Counted from the stretch's first letter, positions 39,899-50,299 are shown. The stretch: 50,513 nt of DNA from Thermoproteota archaeon (GCA_046732455.1 JBKPNF010000202.1:1-50513), one strand, 5' to 3'. Notes: a model not told the origin generated them from the sequence alone. Made by a program: numbers and translations.

Positions 39899-41269
39899 TT
39901 GCCCGAAAAAGTATGGATTGCATTCTTCTTTATTGTAATTGCACTTTGGGCTCTAGTGCTCACGGCGTCGATATACCCGAGGATATACGGGATCGAAATT
40001 TTGGTGGATACTGATACTGACCTTACTTACTTTACGTTGCCAATACTAGGCTTCAACCTTGTCTATGTATTCATGCTAATCATGATAATCACAATGTACC
40101 TTGGCGCCTTCACAAGCGTCAGGAAGTACCAGCTGGAGATGAAGGATAAGGTATCTGAGAGATTCCGCAACCAGATGGAACTGTGTAGTATAATCATACC
40201 TGCAAGAAACGAGGAGAGCGTAATAAAAAGGACTGTGCTAGATTGCCTTAAGCAGACGTATCAAAAAATCGAAGTCATTGTGATATGCCACAATTGCTCT
40301 GATAGAACTTACGAGGAAGCCAAGGTCAATGATACAAGGGTCAAGGTTTTTGATCTCCAGACAAAGGAGGCAGGCAAGGGCATCGCTTTAAATTTTGGAG
40401 TCGAAAAATCAAGCGGGAATTACATAATGGTACTCGATAGTGACGGATTGCTGACCCGGGATTTCCTTGAAAACGCATTACCTCTCTTTGAAGGAGGTTA
40501 CTGTGCTGTTCAAGGCCGTTATATTCCAAGCAACAGAGGATTTAATTTTGTAACTAGGATGCTTGCACTAGAGGGGGACCTTTGGTCTACTCCATTTATG
40601 ACGATACGGACGTGGCTTGGACGCAGGTGTCCCCTTGGAGGCACGGGGTATATTATCAAAAAAGATATCCTGTTGGAGGTAGGTATGTTTGCTAATCATC
40701 TTGTGGATGACTATGAATTAACCTTTCGATTGTTAAGGAGGGGCTACAAGATAACATTTGCGCCGCTTTCGATAAATTACGACGAAAAACCCCCAACACT
40801 TGATTTCATGCTGAGACAGAGAGCTAGATGGGCTAAAGGATTCATCGACTTGCTCGGAACAAGGATTGCAGATCGGTCAGATATTGTTGGCCACATCTTT
40901 TGGCTAAACCCAATTGCCGCAGTAACTGGCTTTATCATGCTTATGATTCCTGCTTTTGCGGCGGTTCACTACCTGATTTACGATTACTACCCTTATACTT
41001 ATGCATACTTGCCATTAACTATATGGTTTATGATGACAGGCGTACTCTTTGTATTGCAGGCGGCAGTGTTGATAAAAGAATATGGCTGGAGAGGTTTTGC
41101 ATATGCTGCCCAGGTACCCCTCTACTTGCCATTTTCACAATATTGGTTCGTGAGCTTTATCCGGGCATTTACAATTAAATCTTGGGCAAGCACTAAGACA
41201 GCACATGGATTTGTGAAGAAAAAATCCCCGGAAAAGGTTTGGCAGATGCAGCATGATTCTATACCATAG
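39899..41269 (+). CDS. Membrane GT2 glycosyltransferase (cellulose-synthase/IcaA-like, processive)
   Basis: IIIPARNEE, GKGIALN, DSD, VDD, QRARW (QxxRW); N- and C-terminal TM helices. Confidence 0.92.
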   Translation: MPEKVWIAFFFIVIALWALVLTASIYPRIYGIEILVDTDTDLTYFTLPILGFNLVYVFMLIMIITMYLGAFTSVRKYQLEMKDKVSERFRNQMELCSIIIPARNEESVIKRTVLDCLKQTYQKIEVIVICHNCSDRTYEEAKVNDTRVKVFDLQTKEAGKGIALNFGVEKSSGNYIMVLDSDGLLTRDFLENALPLFEGGYCAVQGRYIPSNRGFNFVTRMLALEGDLWSTPFMTIRTWLGRRCPLGGTGYIIKKDILLEVGMFANHLVDDYELTFRLLRRGYKITFAPLSINYDEKPPTLDFMLRQRARWAKGFIDLLGTRIADRSDIVGHIFWLNPIAAVTGFIMLMIPAFAAVHYLIYDYYPYTYAYLPLTIWFMMTGVLFVLQAAVLIKEYGWRGFAYAAQVPLYLPFSQYWFVSFIRAFTIKSWASTKTAHGFVKKKSPEKVWQMQHDSIP

Positions 41270-41302
41270 AAATACAATGATGGCACGTAATAATGCGTCA
41301 AG

Positions 41303-42358
41303 ATGCAAATAGAGAAAAATGTAGTCGACATTGTTACAATAGCTGGCACAAGGCCAGAAATAATAAAGCTAGCCGATTTGATACAATTGTTAGATGATCG
41401 AGGCAAGCATGCCCTCATCTATACAGGACAGCATTATTCTGATAACATGAAGAGCATTTTTTTTGATGAGCTAAAGATCAAACCGGATTATGACCTGCGT
41501 TGCGATACTTCGGATGTAGCTACGCTGAAAGAAAATATGCTAAGATTCCTCCGAGAAATTAAGCCCCAACATATCCTAGTATATGGCGACACCAATTCCA
41601 GCCTAGCTGGGTCACTTGCTGCCAAGGAAGTTGGCTCGACACTTGTCCACATTGAAGCAGGTCTTCGCTGCTTTGACCTTAGCGTTCCTGAGGAAAGGGC
41701 AAGGATACAAATCGATTCTGCGTCGGACTACTTATTTCCTCCTACAGAGCTTGCTAAGACTTTTCTGTCTTATGAGGAGATAGAGAAAAACGTCACAGTG
41801 ACTGGCAATCTCGTGGTGGACGTATGCAGGCGTCTTGCAAAGGTTGCAGATGAATATGGCAGGCATTATGATCTTCCTGACAAGTATTTGTTGCTTACCA
41901 TGCACAGGCAAGAAAATGTTGACGACCCTGACAGGCTTGAGATGTTGATAAAGCATCTATCGGGTATAAAGCAAAAGATAGTCTTTCCCATCCATCCTAG
42001 AACAAAGAACAACCTTGCCAGGTATGGTCTCACTTTGCCTCCAAATGTCATTGCGACAGAGCCTGCAGGTTACTTGGAATTCCTATATCTCCTGAAGAAT
42101 TGCAGGCTTGTCATGACCGATTCTGGCGGAGTCCAAGAAGAGGCCATTGTACTCAGGCGGCCCTGTATAACTTTGCGGCACGTCTCGGAACGTTGGGAGA
42201 CCCTTCTTTTGAAGGCAAATGTGCTTTTTCCGTTATATCGACGCGACTCGTTAAGCGATGTAGTGGAAATGATGCTTGAAGCCAAGATCGAGCGCAACCC
42301 CTATGGAGAAAATGTTGCTAGCAAGATGCTTCAGCTGATAAATCGCATCACACAATGA
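41303..42358 (+). CDS. wecB: UDP-N-acetylglucosamine 2-epimerase (non-hydrolysing)
   Basis: GTRPEIIK, TGQHY, GDTNS, HIEAGLR, PEE, HRQEN, TDSGGVQEEA. Confidence 0.95.
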   Translation: MQIEKNVVDIVTIAGTRPEIIKLADLIQLLDDRGKHALIYTGQHYSDNMKSIFFDELKIKPDYDLRCDTSDVATLKENMLRFLREIKPQHILVYGDTNSSLAGSLAAKEVGSTLVHIEAGLRCFDLSVPEERARIQIDSASDYLFPPTELAKTFLSYEEIEKNVTVTGNLVVDVCRRLAKVADEYGRHYDLPDKYLLLTMHRQENVDDPDRLEMLIKHLSGIKQKIVFPIHPRTKNNLARYGLTLPPNVIATEPAGYLEFLYLLKNCRLVMTDSGGVQEEAIVLRRPCITLRHVSERWETLLLKANVLFPLYRRDSLSDVVEMMLEAKIERNPYGENVASKMLQLINRITQ

Positions 42359-42472
42359 TAGGTTCCTATTTATCCTATCCGGGTTCATTGATGGCGAGAG
42401 AGAATCCTTAATTCTATTGGATACAATTGGGCATCTCAACGATTAAATAATTTTTCATAACCCTATCTTGCT

Positions 42473-44641
42473 ATGAATCGTAATTCTGTTGGCTTGGCGC
42501 CGCTTGTAGTCTCCTTCATGATAATATTGCAGCCCGGCATTTTAGCCCACGGGCAGATTTCCTCAGCTCAGCTCTTTGGGTGCCAGAAATATGGCGGCGC
42601 GATGCATTGTGATCTTCTCATGAATAAAATGGACGCTTATGAAGTCACGAGTAATTCGACTCTCATACATCCGCTGACCACTACTAACACGCTGTTTGTG
42701 GATGGTAAGCTTGACCGAGCGCTGGAAATGCGAGGTGAATATAGAGAGTCAATTGAGATAATGAATTCGCCCGAACTTAATCCAAATCAATTCTCAATTT
42801 CTTTCTGGATCAAGCCTACAAAGATAGAGCCGTATGGTCATATTGTATCACATAGCAATAGACAACAAACTTCTGGGTGGCAGTTTGACGTTTTTAGCAG
42901 TAACAGCGGTAATAGTGGCGGCGTCCAATCAAGCTCCCAAATTTCTATTCTTCGTTTCGGAGTTTTCAACACCAATGGCACACTGTTTTCCCCTGCCAAC
43001 ATTCAGGTTCCAACAGACAAGTTTACGCTCATAACCGGAACGTTTAACGGTTCAAAAGTCAGACTCTACGTGGATGGTCTGCTTGCGGGCGAAGCGCAGT
43101 TTCTGGGAGAGTTCAACCCAGATCCTGGCCTGCCATTAAGGATTGGATCAGCGTCTTATTGCTCATCATGCAACAGATGGTCCGGAATTATTGACGACGT
43201 TCGCATATACAACCGAACACTTGGCGAGGATGAGATCAAGCAGCTCTCTGACATGTCTGATGTTTCAGCGGGATTGACTGGTTACTGGAAGTTTGACGGC
43301 GACTTAAGAGATGTCTTACAAAGACATGATGGGACTGACATCACGATGCTCACAAGTATGGTCTTTGCCCCGGACGGCAGACTTTTTTTCACCGAAAAAA
43401 ACACTGGGGCAATAAGAATAATGACTCCTCAACATAAGATTTTGGATAAGCCGTTTGCGAGTGTGGATAATCTGTATGCTAGTTGGGAGCAAGGAATGTT
43501 GGGGCTTGCTCTCGACCCCGACTTTGGTCTCAACCACTATTTATATGTCTACTATACCGCCATAATAGATATCGAAAACGGTAACGGCGGTAAAGTGATA
43601 AATCGTGTTCTAAGATTCACAGACAACAACAACACCGGTACTGATATGACTGTCATAATGGATAACATTCCGGCTTCACGTGGGTATCACTCGGGCGGGG
43701 CAATGGCCTTTGGTCCTGATGGCAAGTTGTATGTCACTGTTGGCGATGCTACTGAGCATATTTTCGCCCAAGACCCATCCATAGTGATTGGCAAGGTACT
43801 GCGCATAAATAAGGATGGCACAATACCACAAGACAATCCCTATCCAAACCTGCCTGTTTACACAATCGGTCACAGAAACATGTATGGCATTGCATTTGAC
43901 CGGAATGGTACTGGATTGACCACTGAAAATGGCGACTTTCACTATGATGAGATAAATTCTATAATAAAAGGAGGAAACTATGGTTTTCCAACCCTCCAAC
44001 CGCCCAACCTACCCCCTGAGCGGACTAATAATACATCAATCAAACCTCTTAGAACGTACTGGGAGACAATAGCACCAACGCAGATGATTTACTACGATGG
44101 CGATGCAGTGCCTGAGCTTAAGGGGATGTTCCTCTTTGGCAGCTTCACTGGCGATATCTATGCTCTTAGACTGAGCGAAGACAAAAAGAGTATAGTTGAA
44201 GAACTGAAAATAGAGCTCAAACATTTTCCATTCGTCCCTACAGTTGGGATTGCACAGTCACCTGATGGCAAAATATATTATGGCGGATACCAGATATATA
44301 CACTTGATAGCATAGGCAAAATGGAGCAGATGCTCTTTACGATAGAAATAGATTCGCCTTCTGCGATTAACATTGGAGGAATCAATGTTAACGAAGAGCA
44401 AAAAAAGATAGAAATAGACGCAAACTTGAGCGACACTGTTGCTCCTGATTCGGCTCTAACCATACGTATACCTAGGGCCCTTCTTGACAATATAACTGCT
44501 ATAGGAGTAGACGATCCTCAGCGGGGCCCAAGTCCAATTCAGTTTAGCATCAATGAGGTTGGTCCTGACTATATTACTGTAAGTGTCAATATCGGGGCAG
44601 AATCTGTCAACCCAGAGGGCCTAAAACTCGCAATATATTAA
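42473..44641 (+). CDS. Secreted LamG-domain plus PQQ-dependent (Sdh/GdhB-like) sugar dehydrogenase
   Basis: Signal peptide; FSISFWIKP...GIIDDVRIYNRTL (LamG); EQGMLGLALDPDF, HSGGAMAFGPDGKLY, GHRN, DEIN..GGNYG. Confidence 0.88.
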   Translation: MNRNSVGLAPLVVSFMIILQPGILAHGQISSAQLFGCQKYGGAMHCDLLMNKMDAYEVTSNSTLIHPLTTTNTLFVDGKLDRALEMRGEYRESIEIMNSPELNPNQFSISFWIKPTKIEPYGHIVSHSNRQQTSGWQFDVFSSNSGNSGGVQSSSQISILRFGVFNTNGTLFSPANIQVPTDKFTLITGTFNGSKVRLYVDGLLAGEAQFLGEFNPDPGLPLRIGSASYCSSCNRWSGIIDDVRIYNRTLGEDEIKQLSDMSDVSAGLTGYWKFDGDLRDVLQRHDGTDITMLTSMVFAPDGRLFFTEKNTGAIRIMTPQHKILDKPFASVDNLYASWEQGMLGLALDPDFGLNHYLYVYYTAIIDIENGNGGKVINRVLRFTDNNNTGTDMTVIMDNIPASRGYHSGGAMAFGPDGKLYVTVGDATEHIFAQDPSIVIGKVLRINKDGTIPQDNPYPNLPVYTIGHRNMYGIAFDRNGTGLTTENGDFHYDEINSIIKGGNYGFPTLQPPNLPPERTNNTSIKPLRTYWETIAPTQMIYYDGDAVPELKGMFLFGSFTGDIYALRLSEDKKSIVEELKIELKHFPFVPTVGIAQSPDGKIYYGGYQIYTLDSIGKMEQMLFTIEIDSPSAINIGGINVNEEQKKIEIDANLSDTVAPDSALTIRIPRALLDNITAIGVDDPQRGPSPIQFSINEVGPDYITVSVNIGAESVNPEGLKLAIY

Positions 44642-44762
44642 GCTCAAACACCACGACATAGTGTAAGCAAGATAACTGGCTTACGAGCAATAATTGAAGT
44701 CATGCCCATTCAGGCTCTGCAGGCGCATGGAACTATGCGGAAGTATAAGGCAAAAAACTGCC

Positions 44763-46145
44763 TTATAAGACTGCTGTTGTCGACTGAGCCCCTGGCACAA
44801 GGCGGTATAGATCACCCGACAGTGTCAGTATATACAGGTAGCCATCCGGCCCCGTTTCAATATCGGTGATGCCGCCTGTGAATCCCCTGCCAAAGATCAC
44901 TGCATTTAGCTCATCGTCGTTGTCCGCGACTAAATCTTCCAAGCCAGTAATGCCACTAAGATCAAGGCCCGTCCTATTTTCGTTGATGGTGAAGAAGTAC
45001 AGGTTACCATTGTTGATGTCACCTACAAACATATTGTAGTCGTATCTCTCACCAAGACTCGAAGAATTGAAGATTTCCATATCCGTCACACCCACTGAGC
45101 GGAGCCAGCTGAAAACAGGGTCTGCATAGTGCGATCCTTGGAACTGCACAAGATCCTCTGCGGTGGTACCTTCCTTTCTTTCTAGAGGTCCCATCACCTT
45201 TTGCCATCCACTATTAAAGCCGGGTAGAGCAATGTTTATTTCATCGTAGTCGGTTGGGCCATCTTCAACATCCCACAAGATCCCAGTGAGCGGGTCAAAA
45301 TCAAAGCCAAAGCTGTTTCGTACACCGTAAGCGTAATACCTCGTAAGATTCTCTCCTCCTTGTCCTCCTGACAATGGGTTCCCGACTCCATTTCCATTGT
45401 AGTCGACTCTAAGTATGACAGATGTATCGTCAGGTGCGGGGCCGTCCTTCACATTCTCCAGCATCCCGTCCCTGTTAAGGTCCCCTTTCACAGCATAAAG
45501 CATCCCGTCAGGTCCAATTCGTAACTTACCGCCATTGTGGTTAGGGCCGGGTTCAGCAGGCAAATCAAGAATAAGCCGCCCTCCAGCCAGGTTGCCTGTC
45601 CCGTCCCAGTCGTATCTATAGATCCTATTTTTCGCTTGACTTCCAACAGGCTCAGTATAATATAGAAAGACAGTCTTTGACTGGCTGTCAGTTGTGTTTG
45701 CGATAGCCACACCGAGCAGCCCTCGCTCGCTGTTGTTTACAACAGGTACCTGAAATATTGGCTGCGGCTGGAGCACACCATTTGATACAAGACGCACATT
45801 GCCGTCGTCTTTTTGTGTTATAACGATGTCATCATTGTCCAAAAATGCCATGCTAGTAGGCGATTGGAGCCCTGATATCACCTTTTCAACCCTTATGTTA
45901 GGATCAGATATGCTTGGAGGGCTAGGGTCGGGCAAGACTTGAAATGTGCTATTAGAAGTACCGCTGCTGAGTTGAGCAGTAATGACATTATTGTTATTAA
46001 TATCGCCGCCAGATAAAGAGGCTCTATCTAGGAACATGTTGTTGTTTTCACCCAGTCCAGAAAAGCTAAAGGCCATCGATGGACATGTGATAAGTACTGC
46101 CACCATCAAAAAAAAAATTATTGTCTGCTTTATTTCCATGCACAA
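44763..46145 (-). CDS. Secreted PQQ-dependent (Sdh/GdhB-like) sugar dehydrogenase
   Basis: ERGLLG, HNGG, GPDGMLY, YGVRNSFG, DEIN..PGFNSGW, GPDGYLY. Confidence 0.9.
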   Translation of the reverse strand: MCMEIKQTIIFFLMVAVLITCPSMAFSFSGLGENNNMFLDRASLSGGDINNNNVITAQLSSGTSNSTFQVLPDPSPPSISDPNIRVEKVISGLQSPTSMAFLDNDDIVITQKDDGNVRLVSNGVLQPQPIFQVPVVNNSERGLLGVAIANTTDSQSKTVFLYYTEPVGSQAKNRIYRYDWDGTGNLAGGRLILDLPAEPGPNHNGGKLRIGPDGMLYAVKGDLNRDGMLENVKDGPAPDDTSVILRVDYNGNGVGNPLSGGQGGENLTRYYAYGVRNSFGFDFDPLTGILWDVEDGPTDYDEINIALPGFNSGWQKVMGPLERKEGTTAEDLVQFQGSHYADPVFSWLRSVGVTDMEIFNSSSLGERYDYNMFVGDINNGNLYFFTINENRTGLDLSGITGLEDLVADNDDELNAVIFGRGFTGGITDIETGPDGYLYILTLSGDLYRLVPGAQSTTAVL

Positions 46146-47646
46146 CTGATTATCGATTTCTGGTTATTATACGTTGTAGAGAAGGATAAGGTACTGAAAA
46201 ACTTGATTCATTCATGTTGGTTTTATCTAGAAGAATAATAATAATTTAAGTATTGGTTATGGTATACAGTGTGTTATACGCAGGAATTTTTACCAATACT
46301 TGGTGTTGACCTTGGTATCCAGTGCTATGAGAGACAAAAACTTTATGACAGTGCATGTAAATCCCATTGACTACCTGTCTTTCATATAGCCGTGGGGCGA
46401 TAAACGATAAACTAGCAGCAACATGAATACATGCGTCATTGACAAATGCAGAATATTGTATATCATCAAGGACGGATTGCCTATGCATCAAACATAATAA
46501 CAAACGTAAGATGAGATCTTCTCTAGACCGAAACTCTCATCTTCTGATACATACTTAGGTCTCTACAAGTTAGATACCAGATCAAGGAGAATAGAGTAAT
46601 CGATCTCCCAGTCAATTGCCGTCAAAGATAATAGATCGGTTCCTTTTCACTATGTTGAATGTTATATGGATCTCAGAGGGACTAGGAGTGAAGGGAGACG
46701 TCGCAATATGACGTAAAGTTTTGTTTGCTGCAGTGGTTGAAGCTAGCCAGGAAATTCTGATTGTCTTGGCATGCGATGGAGTATCTGAGCTATCTATCAT
46801 ATGGATTAGTGAGCGAGTATGAAAGGGTGGATGTTGAGCGGAGCTTGTCGTGTGAGTCTATTGAGGGATGATCTGTGACTCCAAGCTCGATATACTTGAT
46901 ATTGGAACCATTAAGGTGTGGCATAAAGGTACTTCAAGAGCATAGCCTTTGCTAAGTTTGATACGTTTCATAGAGGTACAGTAAATTATTCGCAAGGTTC
47001 CAACTGAGGTATTGGAACCGGTAAAAGCAGCACCCATGCTTGCGATATTTGATGAACAGATTATTACTGAGCCTCTTGTTATTCATATCGCTTCAAATGC
47101 GACAGAATGAAAGGCAAATGCCACCTTCTAGTTTAACGCGTAGATATCAGCTGACACAAAACCCTAGAATGTCAGAGTCAGTTTTCGAGTGATAGAATTG
47201 AAAGGGACGAGGGAAGATCGTACTGGACAAATTGTAAGAGGGTGGCGGCTAATATAGCGTTACTCTTACCACCTCGGCCGATGACTCCTGCACTCAATCC
47301 TCGCCTGACAATCTAGAAGGCTAGTACAGGAACCCGAAGAAGTGGAAGAGGAATAAACGGCCGATGGAAAGAGAAAGTAAATCAAATGCATGTTACTAAT
47401 GCTCGAAACGACGAAGAATTAGCTGTAAATAGCAGGGAGGGATTAAGAACCTATAATGTTTGCATCCTCATCTTTCAAATGCAAGTGTGTGGTCTCAACT
47501 ATGAAAATACTGCATATACCCTTATCTGTTTTAGCACGTTGGATCCATGGATACAATTGTGTCAGTATATAATTCCTTGCACCACAGGCGAAAAATTTTT
47601 TGAGGGGCAGCACACAGATATCAGAAGGCCTACAACTCTCGTTAGG

Positions 47647-47943
47647 TTATACCCCAAGAATTTGCTTGAGAAGCGCACGATAGTCAACTTTTTCTTTTTT
47701 GCTTCCAGGTGACGGCAGCTCAAAGATGAGAGGAATGGGCCTCTTTGCTCTTATGCTTGTAAGCTGATATCGAATATCCTTACCTATATCATCACTCAAA
47801 AGCACTAGCCCGATCCCGCTATTTTCGCCCATCTTATTAATTTCAGTGAGTGCTTCTGCAGATGTCTCAACCTTGACTCCCTTGACACCTGCTAGCTGAA
47901 AACTGGTGACAAAAACCCGGCTGCCTATGGCAACTATCTGCAT
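47647..47943 (-). CDS. atpF: A/V-type ATP synthase subunit F
   Basis: IVAIGSRVFVTSFQLAGV...IGLVLLS...PLIFELP...LKQILGV. Confidence 0.9.
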   Translation of the reverse strand: MQIVAIGSRVFVTSFQLAGVKGVKVETSAEALTEINKMGENSGIGLVLLSDDIGKDIRYQLTSIRAKRPIPLIFELPSPGSKKEKVDYRALLKQILGV

Positions 47944-48000
47944 CGTAATTCGCCTGTAATTTCAGTCCCTTTTTATTCTTTTTGACCGACAGCTTGGAAA

Positions 48001-48264
48001 ATGACTTTTATACCCAAACTTATTAGCTCAAGTAAATTGGCTGCTACAAAATCCGCAATTCTATTGCTTATGATCGCTTCACTTAGTTGCGGCATTTTGG
48101 CTATTTTTCTATCATTCTTGGCAGGAATATCAATCATCATTGCCCTGCCGGGCCTAGTGGTGGCAGCTTTTTTTGCCTACATATATACTATGTATGACCG
48201 GATTAAAGGACGAGGAGAAAAAGAAGAAGAGCACAGGCGCAGGAGAAAGAGGCGCAACGGTTAG
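48001..48264 (+). CDS. Small membrane protein
   Basis: Two hydrophobic helices followed by a basic tail. Confidence 0.6.
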   Translation: MTFIPKLISSSKLAATKSAILLLMIASLSCGILAIFLSFLAGISIIIALPGLVVAAFFAYIYTMYDRIKGRGEKEEEHRRRRKRRNG

Positions 48265-48683
48265 GTCAGAATCATAATGTATATCACTAGCACGGCCAAG
48301 CATGCAAACAAGAGCATTGTCGCCTTCCATATCCCGAAACTAGCCTTGTCATTAATGTCCCACATGCCTCCCCCAACGTTATTTGGCCTATACCGCCGCC
48401 TAATTTCCTCGTAGCTGTAAACAGTCCCAAAGTCTGCCGAGGGCGTCCATCTTGCCTTAGTCCCACGCTTTTGATGGTTATTGCTGTCATAGTCCTTTCT
48501 TGCTTGCTCATCTGAAAGCACTTCGTAGGCCTCGATTATCTTCATGAACTTCTGTTTTGATTCTTCAGAATTCTTATTCTTGTCCGGGTGATGTTTGAGT
48601 GCCAAATTGCGAAAGGATTTCCTTATGTCTGCCTGACTGGCATCAGGGGAGACTCCTAGTATGTTATAATAGTTTGGCACCAA
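48261..48683 (-). CDS. DnaJ-domain protein with C-terminal membrane anchor
   Basis: YYNILGV, HPD motif, EAYEVLSD; hydrophobic C-terminus. Confidence 0.92.
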   Translation of the reverse strand: MVPNYYNILGVSPDASQADIRKSFRNLALKHHPDKNKNSEESKQKFMKIIEAYEVLSDEQARKDYDSNNHQKRGTKARWTPSADFGTVYSYEEIRRRYRPNNVGGGMWDINDKASFGIWKATMLLFACLAVLVIYIMILT

Positions 48684-48719
48684 GTACTAATCTTTGAAGA
48701 AATAAAATAAATATTTTTG

Positions 48720-49160
48720 CTAGTGTCCGCTACGCTCTACCCGCTTTTTCAGTGCGTCGTTCATCTCTTGAAAGCCTTGCTTGACATCTATATCGACTCC
48801 TTTTCCAAATAGCCTGGTGAGCAATCCGTCAAATACTTCGCGCTGGGTAAAGCGTACGCGCTCAGGCTGGAGCTCCTCGATTGTGAAGATGTGCTCAGCG
48901 TTTAGAAATCCTGGAAGGGAACTTTTGCCCGACCACCGAAGCTCACGGCCTTCTTCTACCTTGGTAATCCTGGGCGAGTATTTTCTGCTTTTACCGCTGG
49001 GCGTTTCGATATAAATGTCAATTTTGCTGCCTTTTGTTGGAAGGCCAATTATCTTGTTAATGAAGGGATTCCATTGATCATAATTAGCAAAATCAGTGAG
49101 GATTTTCCATACACTTTCCGGATAGCTATTAATTTCGATCTCGGTTCGAACCTCTTTCAC
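48720..49160 (-). CDS. SRPBCC/polyketide-cyclase family protein
   Basis: VWKILTDFANYDQWNPFI...ELRW...MNDALKKRVE. Confidence 0.9.
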   Translation of the reverse strand: MKEVRTEIEINSYPESVWKILTDFANYDQWNPFINKIIGLPTKGSKIDIYIETPSGKSRKYSPRITKVEEGRELRWSGKSSLPGFLNAEHIFTIEELQPERVRFTQREVFDGLLTRLFGKGVDIDVKQGFQEMNDALKKRVERSGH

Positions 49161-49190
49161 GTTGTCGGTACTTTAAAATACATTTTATAA

Positions 49191-49664
49191 TTAGTTTCGC
49201 CTTTGAAATTCAATCCTGATCCTGTCGCCTTGTTTTAACACAATATCACGGAGATCTCCCTCAGCCTGAGGGATATCATTGACAAATACCTTTGTGTCAT
49301 ATCGCAACAGATCGTTTCCTAGCCAGTAATACAGAAAATGTCCGAGTGTAAAATCGTAGGGTCTGGTATATGATACCTGAATTACATTTTCTTCAACAGT
49401 ATGTACAGGGCGTATACACCCGTCTTTGATACCCACTCCTTTTGGAACGAGAGCAGGAATCCCATCCTCTATTACACTAACTGGTACTGCTAGCTGAAAA
49501 GGCTGAGATTCCGGATCGTTTATGCACTGGTTAACCGGATCTTGAGATCGAAAATAGTTTGTAAATGCAGAAGTAGCAAGAACGGCCCCACCTACCAGGC
49601 CTGCAAGTATTACCATTGAAGGAACCAGATTTTTTCTCTGTGAGCCATCAGATGCCGTTGGCAT
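49191..49664 (-). CDS. Membrane-anchored hypothetical protein
   Basis: N-terminal TM; C..PVHT, FTLGHF, VFVND, LKQGDRIRIEF (beta-grasp-like end). Confidence 0.7.
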   Translation of the reverse strand: MPTASDGSQRKNLVPSMVILAGLVGGAVLATSAFTNYFRSQDPVNQCINDPESQPFQLAVPVSVIEDGIPALVPKGVGIKDGCIRPVHTVEENVIQVSYTRPYDFTLGHFLYYWLGNDLLRYDTKVFVNDIPQAEGDLRDIVLKQGDRIRIEFQRRN

Positions 49665-49709
49665 AATTGACGAACCAATGATTAGTAAGTTATTATATCA
49701 TGCTGCTTT

Positions 49710-49874
49710 CTATTGTAGCCCCTGATATGTTGGCACAGTACCTATTGCCTCCAGCCCCACTAACATCTTTGCCGGAGTATGGGACGTAGTCAGCCATATC
49801 AACACGCCTGGCACTGCAGCACAAACTAGGATAGTGAGAATAATTAGCCAAACGGCGGTCATCTTTTCAACCAT
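49710..49874 (-). CDS. 54-aa membrane microprotein (not in ORF track)
   Basis: MVEKMTAVWLIILTILVCAAVPGVLIWLTTSHTPAKMLVGLEAIGTVPTYQGLQ*; AAAAC-TTATATA promoter about 25-30 nt upstream. Confidence 0.5.
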   Translation of the reverse strand: MVEKMTAVWLIILTILVCAAVPGVLIWLTTSHTPAKMLVGLEAIGTVPTYQGLQ

Positions 49875-50299
49875 TGATCCATTTCATTTTTATCTGCCTA
49901 TATAAGTTTTAAAATCGGATATGAGTCATCCAGTAAATCTGTAATTTTCAACCATTTTCAATCGCTTTTGTTTTTCAGAGCCCGGAGAAGGATGATGATC
50001 CTGAAGAAGAAAAATTAGCCACCCGATCCTATCATTACTACTTACAGTTTCAAAACCGACCGCTGGGTCCTTGGTAGAGGCATTTATAGAAAGCTGCATG
50101 TTTTATAGCTAAGGGACGACCATCAGGATAGTAATATTTGTCTACCCGATTCTTCTCTAGCTACCACTATGATTACTTTTAGTTCTCTCTTAATTACCTA
50201 GCGCGCAACTCGGATTAACTGATGAAGTAAATGTATTCTGCCATGGATATATCCAGTACATTCTTACGTATACATCAGCCTAGAGGTGCTGGTACTCAT

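Noticed and set aside
46508-46543. GATGAG...CGAAAC resembling a hammerhead ribozyme core
   Set aside because: Lacks the CUGA of the core and a proper stem II; better explained as a simple hairpin.
47225-47375. GC-richer segment considered as RNase P or SRP RNA
   Set aside because: No GAGGAAAGUCC (RNase P) core or complete SRP helix 6/8 arrangement could be built.
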